This document shows positions 1 to 10,300 of a DNA stretch of 64,000 nt, piece by piece. Position 1 is the first letter of the stretch. Each line of letters opens with the position of its first letter. Position numbers and translations under genes: made by a program. The notes beneath the pieces were generated by a model. The model saw only the letters and a list, made by a program, of their open reading frames with translations, had not been told where the DNA came from and did not search any database. Source of the stretch: a virus. Where the stretch lies: positions 18,653-82,652 of IMG/VR virus record IMGVR_UViG_3300034092_002634; one strand, written 5' to 3'.

Positions 1-1320
1 GATTATTGAGATTATACTGGGCCATTTCATTGTAAGAGACTAGTGCTTCTTCAGGACCCATTGGCAAAGCCGAAAGCGCCGCAAGCTGCGTCGGATTTAA
101 TACCTTCGCCGCTTTAGGTTTAATAACTTCGTTAATAGCCCGCTCGCTTGCATTTACAAGACTCTGACGCAGCGCGTCACGTGCTGCTGAATCGGTCTCA
201 TCTCTCAGTCTTGCGGATACCTCATTTTTTGTAGATTCCAGAACATTAAAAGAAGCCTGGTCCGCAAACGAAACTTTTCTATATTTGTTAGCTCCTGCAC
301 GCGGATCTGCAGTTGGTTTTGGTCCGTAAGGACTTTCAGCATTACGTGTTGCACCAGCTGCACCAACTCGTTGCTCAGCCTGATTAAGCTCGGTCAAAGC
401 GTCTATAAGCTCGTGGACTTGCTGTATTTCTCTTTTAGTTCTCTCGATTGCTTCTTCACGACCCGGAGCATCTTCTCGCTCGCTCTCGATCATAAACAAT
501 CTACCGTTTAATTCGCTAAGTTTGCTCTGCGCCGCCTGACTATAGTTAACTAATGAGTCTTCTGGAGATGTTGATAAGGCGTCGACAGTATTTACAAAAC
601 CATAGCCAAGTAGCTTTGTTGCTTTCGGTTTAATAATATCTGCAATTGCTTTTTTGCTCGCACCGGTTAGTGTTTCTTTTAATCTTGCCCTGGCTTCTGG
701 ATCTTGCTCAGTTCTCAGCTGCTCGCTTATTGAATTTTTTGTAGCGTCGAGTACGGCTAATGAAGCACGATCTTCTGGAGACAACTTTCGATAACCGCTA
801 TTATTCGTAGGATATGCTGGTTTTTTTACTTCAGTAGGATCAACAATTGCTCTAGTTGAAGTTGCACTACCTACACGCTGCTCTGCTTGATTAAGTTCTG
901 TAAGCGCATTGATAAGTTCCTCAACTAACGATATTTGCTTTTGTATTCGCTGAATTTCTTCATCTCTTCCGTCAGTTCCTTCTGGAATTGCCTGTTGAGC
1001 TTCAAGTTGTGTAGTGAGGTCTTGATGTGCCTGTGCCACCGCGTCATTGTAATATGTCAACGATTCTTTAGAATCTGTTGTTTCATCCCCGTAGTAAAAA
1101 CGTTCGTTGACGTAAGGTTCCATACCTTCGCTATCAATTGCTTTTACCTTAGGCTCAATAATGGCGCGAATTGCTTGCCTGCTGACCTCATTGAGGTTAC
1201 CGCGCAACCGTTCTCGTGTTGCTGGGTCAGTTTCTGTTTGAAGTTGCCCAGCTATCTGGTTTTTTGCTGCGTCAAGTTGATTTAATATAGATCTGTCAGC
1301 AACTGACACCCGTCGATAGC
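1..1320 (-). repeat. Three ~170-aa tandem protein repeats in giant ORF (third truncated by window)
   Basis: YR[RK][VL]S.[AE]D...L...KN....L..E.D...R..L...L......AI...I.PK recurs at ~1317, ~793 and ~283; ELI[ND]ALTELNQAEQRVG recurs at ~870-920 and ~365-412. Confidence 0.8.
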
Positions 1321-4300
1321 CACCGCCACCACCGCCCGTACCTACACTAGTGACATCGCCGTTTACGTTCATACCATCTTTATTTGATATGTACACTAAC
1401 GATTTTTGCATTTTCTCTGCAGCGCCTGCACTGAAGTTGGCATCTATAGTAACGTTACCACCATGAATGTTTATCTCTACCGCACCGGCATGCAACGTGT
1501 CGATAGTAGCCGAAGCTATTGTAGTAATACCGCCGCCAGGACCACCACGCTCGCCAGAGTCCGCGTCGTCTGAGAAAGTAACTGGTGGTTCTCTTGGGGG
1601 TTCTTTTGAGCCGCCGTCCGAAGTACTTGCAGTTACCGATGGTGCAGATCCGGGAGTTTTCACTTTTGTCGGTCTTTCAGTTGCTAATGATATATCTTCA
1701 ATTGCATCGCCCACTGTTTCTTTACTTATGGCAGGACCAACTGTAACAGGCGACAAATCTGCAGTTGCAACTACATCCTCAATTGTTTTACCTTTAATGT
1801 CAGCAACACGTGCATCTTTTGCGCGAAAGTCACGAAACGACATACCTCCGCCTACTTTTTCTTCCAGCAGTCTTTTCATTCCGCCAAAATCTCCACCTAC
1901 TGCGGCATCTGCATTGGGTTCTAAGTATTCTGTATTTATTTTTTTAACAAACTCTCCTAATTCCTCAGGGTTAAGTTCTTCTATTTTTTTCCCTTTGAGA
2001 TCTCCTGCAAACATACTGTTCATTCGATCGAATAAACTAGATTTCTCAGATGCACTCATATCGTACCAGTCTTGTTCAGCAGCGACTGTTCTATCGGCGT
2101 CCCTCAATATTGTTTTATCGCCGCGTCTTGCGATACGACGTGTAAATTCCTGCATGTCTGCCAATGGTCGGTAGAAAGAATGCGCGGCCGCCACTCGACT
2201 AGTCGCTTTCTTTCGTTCTTCCGCATCCGCAATGTCTTCTAACTTAGGCGTAGCAACAAGCTGACCAACAGTAGAATCCACTGCAATTCCGTGTTTTGCT
2301 AAGTATGCTTCTGTTACTTTTGCACGTTCCTCTGGATCTGAAACTTGCGGAAATATTCTTTGCACTGCTCGCGTGTCGACTGCAGCATCGTGAGCGTCAA
2401 CTAACGGATCTCCAGTAACTGCTTCGTATGTTGCACCCAACGTATGTGATCCGGGATACATATCACGGCTCATCAACAAAGTGTCTTCTGTCTTTGCCTT
2501 TACTGCATCCGGAACGGCCATGGTACCGCCGTACACTGTTGGTAAGTCAAATTTTTGAATATTATGCCCTGCTACAGTAGTAGCACCTTCTATCTGCAGT
2601 TGTAAATTTTTACGTATTTGACCTTGAGACATTATCTGACGACCTGACATTGCGGTATCAACTAACTTGTCGATGACTCCAGAACTAACGTCATTACCGC
2701 TTGCTCTACCCTCAACTAACGGAAGTTTGCCCTCTCGTTTAAGAGCTAACGCTCTAATTAGTTTTCTCTTCTCGTCATCGGGAATTGTGGGATCCGCTGC
2801 TATTCTGTTTATTTCTTCAGCACTCGAATCTAACGGAACTGCGTACATATCGGTAACCGCCCCGTCGTTAACACCCGTAGCCGCTTGAAAGATTAGTCGA
2901 TCTTCCGGTTTTTTTGCAATATTTGTTTCTAAGTCAAAAAACAATCGCTTTGCCTCAGCAGCTGTCGAGGTCGTTGGTTCGTCCGGTTCAGGAACAACTA
3001 TACGTTCCCTTGCTCCTTTAATTGCCCCTAACAATCCCTTTGCTTCATCATATTCTGTTGTACCCGATCTAAATTTAAGAACAGATTCGATATCTTGGTC
3101 AGCCAGCATCGCCATAATAGGCTGCAAGGCCGGATCTCTAGAAAGTATGTCCATTTGCACTGGATTTGTTAAATCCGCATCTTTTAGTTTTGCCAATTGT
3201 ATTGGTTTTAAACTAGCCATTGCTTGTGATATTGCCGAAACACGGGCACTCTGCACGTCATCTTTTGCCCAATCGGGAGGAGTTAAACCGGCAACTACGT
3301 TTGCAATTTGCATCACGCCTTTGTTGTCCCCGAAATTAGTCGTCAACCGCTTCATTGCATAATTGTGTAATTTTTTTCTTGCTTCGCTTAATTGTCTTTT
3401 TTGTTCGGCTGTGAGGTCGGTTCTGCCAGCTAAAGCCCTTACCTGTGCTCGAGCATACTTTAACTGATTCTCAGTGTAAGGTTGTTCAACGTCTGCAACT
3501 ACATCAGCCGGGGCTCTTCTAGGTCTTCTCGGTGCTCTATCAGTAGAGCCTTTAATTTCAGGTATTCCCCCTTCAAAGCTTGAAATAGTTTTGTCCAATG
3601 CTACCGCTGTTTCTGCAGATCCAGCTGGAGCGCTATCTACTTCGGCTCTTGCGGAAGATGCTAAGAGCTCGTCCATTACCTCGCGCGCACTAAACGCAGG
3701 CTCTACTCCAAATTCTGTTTCATACGCTCTGACTGCTGCACGAGACGATCTGAATAAACGAGCGGCGAGTTGTAGAGGAGAAGCTGAAGATTCGGCTGCC
3801 GCAACTGCGGGAGCTGTCAAAGCAGCACGAGATGCGTCATGCTGAATTACTAAATTTTCTTGTTTTTGAATTTCATCGACAATTGTTTTAAGTTCCGGAT
3901 GAGTTTTCAAAAGTTCGTCTTTGCGATCTCCACTTGGAGTCCTATAGTATTCTTTTATTGCCGCAGATATCGGTCCCTCTGTGTTATACAACCTGCTGGC
4001 ATAGTTCTGTGCTTCTCTTGATTTTCTTTTCAATTCATCATCGATTGCTTGATCTTCTGGCGATAATGTAGCTCGAGGCATTTTGACAGCAGCGAGATCG
4101 GCATCGGACATTTTACTGATTTCGTCCATTAACTCGGCGGTTGGCTTGACTGCTTCTGCTTGATCTACGATATCTCTAACATTCAAATTAGAAACAAATC
4201 CTGATTCACCAGTGTCATCAACAGTCATTTTTGTCCGCACTAGCGGACGCAAAGAAGTTCGGTCAATTACCTGCTTATCTTCGTAACTTACCGGAATGCC

Positions 4301-7300
4301 TGTATTGTCAACAACAAAACGAATGTCGCTATCTTCCGTGTCTAAACCCTGGGCCTGTCTTTGCATTAACTCTATAACCTGTTGTGATTGTGCTACAGCT
4401 TGTTCGGCTTCTGCTATTTTTGCATCTACGTCTGCTTTTCTTTTTTGAATTTCTTCAGTAGGTACTTTGATGTCGGCGCTAACTTTTACGGTTTCATCTG
4501 CGACTCTTTTTGATTCTTCAGTAACTGCTGTAACATCCACACTTGGTGTTGAAGCTGCGGCTGCTTCTTGTTTGAGCGCTTCTGATCTTGCTTTTAAAGC
4601 TTCTAATTGCTGTTTTTGTTGTTCTAGTTGACTTTGAAGTTCTTGTGCTCTACGCTCAGTCTCGCTGTATTTTGCTTCTTCTCTAAGTGTTGGTTCTACC
4701 TGCAACGATAAAGATTCGCTACCTAGGTGTTTTGCAGTGTTGGGAATAACTGGGTCAAGAACAAGTGCAGTAGCCGCAGCATTAAACAAGTTTAAATGAA
4801 CCGGTGTGTTAGGATTGTGCTCGGCTCTGTATCTTATTGCGTCGTAACCCATGGCTACGGCTAACTCATCCGGTTTCGGTGCAGCAACAAACTCTTCGTG
4901 AAGGGCTTGAAGACGAGTCTGTACCTCTTCAGGAACATCTGTTCTTCTACTTACTGGGTAGCTTTTGACGCCGAGGTTAATGTTACTGCTTCCGCCACCA
5001 TATGGTAACATTAGCATGTCAGCTTCATTTAATATGTCAGATTGCAATCTTGCAGTGGGATCTACTTTTTCTCTGTACAACTCCTCCATAACATCTTCTA
5101 CACCGCCACGCATAGCCGAAGCTGTGTCTTTGGGCAAGGGAGTCAATCCTAGGGCTATTCGCCGTTCGTCAACACGTTGCTGAGCTTTTTGAATCATTTC
5201 TGAATCAGCATCTAAAAGAGAGGCCGTTGACAGTAAAGCGGATACATTCACACTAGATCTTATTTCCCCTTCTACGCTTTTCGATCTGTATCCGTGCGCG
5301 ACTTCTCTACTTGTATCTGGTGATTGTTCCTCATCAGTTTCACTGCCTGTTCTGGTTGACGTGTGATAAAGACCCTCGCCATAGCGGCTTCCGCCACCCA
5401 TAGCCATCGGAAACTCTGACGGAAACACAGCCAGTGGGTCTCCTTCCCTTTCAACGGCTTCGTAGGCTAGCGGAGTTTCGCCTTGTTTCGCTGCCACTTG
5501 ATCTTCGTCTTCCCCACGATAAATGAGTATAGGCTGACCGTCTTTATCGAGCAGTAGTTGATCTTTGTTTGCTAGTAGCCCCGCCAAAGTAGGTACTGTA
5601 ATAGCAGGACCAGTCATCCCTTGTGTTCTTCTAGCAGATTCAAATCCAATCGTCTCTCGCAGAGTATTTTTGTTTCCGGCTAAACCCACATCAAGAATTT
5701 CTTCAGGAAGTTTATGTAATTCTTCATTTCTGCCTACCCTCAACTCGTCAACAGACAGTACAGGTCGATCCGCAGAAGGTGCTCGATCTTCCAGAATCAT
5801 ACGAGCGATCTCGGTTGAAGCAGCATTTAGCACACTGGTAGTTACAGATTCAGATGAATCTGTAGGAGACACGGTTACTCCTAAATCTTGAAGAATTGCC
5901 TTATCTTCTTCAGCTAGCTTGTCTATTTCCTCGATTTTTTGAAGTCTTGCAGCAACATCTTCATTTTTTGCACGTATTCCTTGGTTAACTCTTCGCGCAC
6001 GCTGTATATCCCACGATGGCTGGTGCATTTCGGGAGGATTGGACTCATCCTCAATTGCAAAATCCTCAAGCATCGCCCGCTTAAGTTTTAAACGATCTCT
6101 TTTTTTACTTTCTTCTGATTTTTCCTTAGAAGCTGGATCAGACGCAAGTAAATTGGCGCGCTCTATCAGCGCTTGAGCTGCTTCAGGGTTTTCGGCTGCG
6201 TTGTTGAGTATAGCCGTAAGATCTTCCGGATTCCAAGAATCTCTATCTTTTTCGTCTTCCGGTGCCATAGATATGGCAGCACCTATAATATTTCCAAAGT
6301 CTAACCCAACGAATGGTGAATCTGTTGAAATTTCGCCATTTTCCATGTCCAGACCAAGTCTAGCAAACGCATCTAGAAGCGGCGGCATTCCGCTTTCTTG
6401 AGTGCCTTCTTTAATACCGCGATTTGCTCTTTTTTTGAGCGGTTCAAAACTCTCTATTTCTGCTTGTCTTTTTTCTTCTTCGGGTTTTAGTAAACTATCT
6501 AATTTTTCTATTTCAGAGTCTAATTGTGCTATGTATTCTTCTGAGGGCACGCTATCAAAAAGTTCTTCTACAAGTTCGTCAAAAACAGATTCTTGTTCTG
6601 CTCGGGACCCAGGTGCCTCATATGAGTATGCAAAGTTTGGCCGCTGGTATTCTTGTATAGTTACAGGGCCGGTAACAGATTGCTTCTCAATTTGTCTTTT
6701 TTTAGATCTTATTGTAACTTCTTGAAGTGTTTTTAGTTTTTCAGTACGTTGTATTTCCTGCTCAAGCGCTGCTACTTTTTCCTCCCCTGCAGCTATTTCC
6801 TGATCTACTATTGTTTGTGCATCTTCTCCGGTTATTGCTGCTTTTTTCTTTGCTTCTAGCTCAGTCAACTCAGCAGTCAATTCGATCATTTTTTGCGTTT
6901 GTTCGTTGCTAATTGGAGTTTCTTCTTGATCGTTTGTAATTTCCCCTGACGCTACCATTGCCTGCAGTGCTACTAAAGCTTCTCGACCAGCAGCCACGTC
7001 TCTTTGAGTACTCATTCTACTAGCGTCTATCTGACCAATTGCAGCGGAAAGCGGCAGTATTTGAACTCCTTGAGTTTCAAAATGAGTTGCCGCAGGTGAT
7101 ACGCTTTGAACTCTACGCATGTAAAACGCATCAGTTGTTGTTGGAGAAATTGCAACAGGCACGTCAGCTTTAGGGTCGAACACCACTCCGAGTTCTTCTT
7201 GCGCCTCTCTTTCAGCGGCTTGCCATTGTGTTTGACCAGGATCAACAGTACCCATTACCGGAATGGCTACTCCTCTCCCTTTGTACGATTTTGTAGACTG

Positions 7301-10300
7301 CCCGACAACAACCATTGGCTCGGATTGACCTGGTACAAAGAAATAAGGTACTGCTCCTGCAGAAGCTCGATTACTTGCAGAAGTATCGGGTACATTATCT
7401 GGTGTAATTGCCGAAACCTCCGGCATTACCTCAGGACCGACAGAAAGACCTAAAGTTTCGGCTACTGCAGCGTTTACAACTCTTGATGCATCACTGCCAG
7501 GAACTTCTGGAGAAATATCAATTCTACCCGTTTTTGCAAATCTTTCACTTATCTGCTCTGGATAATCTGCGGTCAGCGGTAAAGTGCTGCGTCTTGACAT
7601 GTACGTAAGCTCACCGTGTGATACATCTGGGTGAACATACGTTCGTCCTGCTACTTGACCTTGGCCCGTTACTCCTCTTTCTGCTGCTTCTCTTGCAAGT
7701 TTAGTTGCGGGAGATTCTAATGCTGCTATCTCTCCTTGTACTCTTGCTATTTCTTCGTCTATTGTTTCTGGTGTTGAAATTACTGATACTGGAGTTTCTG
7801 GTGTTGCAGTTTCCGATGCGGTAGTCAATATTCCCCGTTTTACAAGTTCTCCCTCAATTGCCTGAATATTAGCTTCTGTAACTACTTTAGCTTTTCTTGC
7901 ACTTATTGGCCGAGTTTGCTCAGCTGCTTCATACTCTTTTTGAGCTCGATGCGCCTCGTCTCTTGCTTTGAAAACTTTTTGCATTTCCGGTGTTTGTTGC
8001 AATCTTTGTAACGTGGCTTTATTTTCTTCAGCTTCCTCGTAACTTAGGGAATTTCTTTTTAAGCGTGCCTGTAATGCTGCATCGTATTCATCGACAATAT
8101 CTTTATGTGTTAGTTCAATCAGATTTAAAAGCGATTTTTTTCGCTCAAATTTATCTTTAGCTCTTTCTATATCTTCTTGACGTTCTTTTTCTAATCTTTC
8201 ATCTATGTCTGGCTCGTCAGTCATCGCTTGCTTTATCTGACTTAGTTTACGTTTTTCTTGTGCTAAAGACGCCTCTAAATGCTCGGTAGATTGAGTTTCG
8301 CTAAATGATTCTTTAACAAGTCCGCCAGTCTTTACTACAGGACCTATTTGCTCGCTTCCCGTAATACCTATAAAACTTCGGTCGTCTTGCAAAGTACCCA
8401 ACTCCCCCTCGTCAAGAAGCAGTCTTTCACCTAAGCCAACAAAACCTTCGGTATCGACCTCTGGATCTAGTTTACTAAATTGTCCGCTATGACTGTATGC
8501 ATCGGACGCTAAGAAAACACGTGCCGGAGTTTTTGATTCAACTGCCAAAACCCTGCCTTCATGCATAATTCCGCTTTCAGTAGCCCCAATTGCCGCAGTC
8601 GAAGGTCCTGTATATCCACCTTTATCTTCGCCCAGCGTTTCTTTAGAAATACCTAGGTCAGCTGATTCTATTAAAGCGTCTCCGGCAGTAACAAATTCAT
8701 GCTTGTAGCCTTCTGAACTTCTTGTTCTGCGGTAAGCCGCGAACGTAGCACCAGCAATTTGTCCGGAATCTTTTTTATCTTGCCTACTATGTAAATATTT
8801 TATAAGTTCGCCAACAGTTGGGCTTGTTCCGGCTTCTTCAAATGGTTTTAAAAATTCTATAAATTGGTTTCTTGATTCATCCGTTTTCTGCAAACCTGCG
8901 CGGTTTAACATAAGTCTAGCAGTCGAATCTTTGTCATCTGCTGCAAAAAGTTGTAAAAGGTCGTTTACTTCGGTTTGTGCTGATCTATTATTGACTCTTG
9001 CTAGAATTGATTCGGTTGTAAACGGCTCGTCTGCGGGTAAATTAGCAGCTTCCTGTACCAGCATTTCTGCTAAATGTGTAGAAAACCAAGCTTTACTGAC
9101 TCCATCAGCCACTGCTGCAGTAAGTGTACCTGTTTCCGCATTTTGACGGATGGCTAGTCTATCTTGATTTCCTTTTGCTTCTTGTTCTTCCTTAGAAGCT
9201 AAAAACGCGACAAAGGCCGGAGATTCTATAAGTTGATCTTCTCCAGTAGTCGAGTGTACAAAAACTGACTCATCCTCGGCTGTAACATCTTCGGTAATAT
9301 TTTTTCTTTCTGTAAGATTTATTCTAGGGATTTTTAAAGGTACGGCGTTTTCGTCTATTGCTATTTCTTCATCTATTGTATCAGCATAAGATAAAACATC
9401 AATCGCTTTTTCTGAACCCGCACCTTCTGACCTCATGTCACTAATGTCTTTTTTAACTGCTGCAATTTCCCCGTCAACGTCTGATTCTTTAATTACAGCT
9501 TCAACTGCCTTAGCGGGACCATCTCCAGGTAATTCTGCTTCTAACGCTGCTCGTTCTTCTCTTAGTTTTTGCAGATTATCTAGCTTAGCTTTATGAGCCA
9601 TCAAGTTAGTAAGGCGTTGCTCTTGAGTACCAGTTCCGTATCCTTGAGATTCGTCAATCTGGTATCGGCCAGTTTGATTAAAAATTTCCTGCATGATGCC
9701 TAAATCGTAAATTGCACCACTTCTCGTCGCGGGGTCAATATTGTCCATTTGGGCAATTGTGGAAAGATATTCAAATTTTTGAGAAATAGGATCTGGTTCC
9801 GATGCTTTGTAAGTAGCAAGTTTTTGCTTAAGGATCTTTAGTTGATTGTTTTTTTGATCTATAACCGGAAGTATTTTATCTGCTTCGTGAGGTGCTAAAG
9901 CTATTCTGCTTCGCATTTCTTCTATTTCTGCAGTTAATTGCTCAAACTCACGCATTGCTTCTTGAATTTTTATTTCATTTTCTACGTTGCGGCCATACGC
10001 ACCACCGACAACTTGACCAGACTCTTGGTTTGCAACTTCTGCACCCTTGCCCAACAAGCTGTAAGACGCTCCTTGATCAGGAACGGCTGCAGCTACATCC
10101 GGACCCGTACCAACTAGTCGGTCCTGTCTTCCTAAAACTCGGGCTGCAAACTGAGGCATACCTTCGCCTGACTGCACGTTGTCAGTTAATAAATTGCTGA
10201 ACAACGAAAGCGATCGGTTAACCGCTGCAGATACATCGGTTGTGTTTATGTTAGCAGGATCAAACATCGCTAAAGCGCGAAATTCATCTTGAAACCCTGC

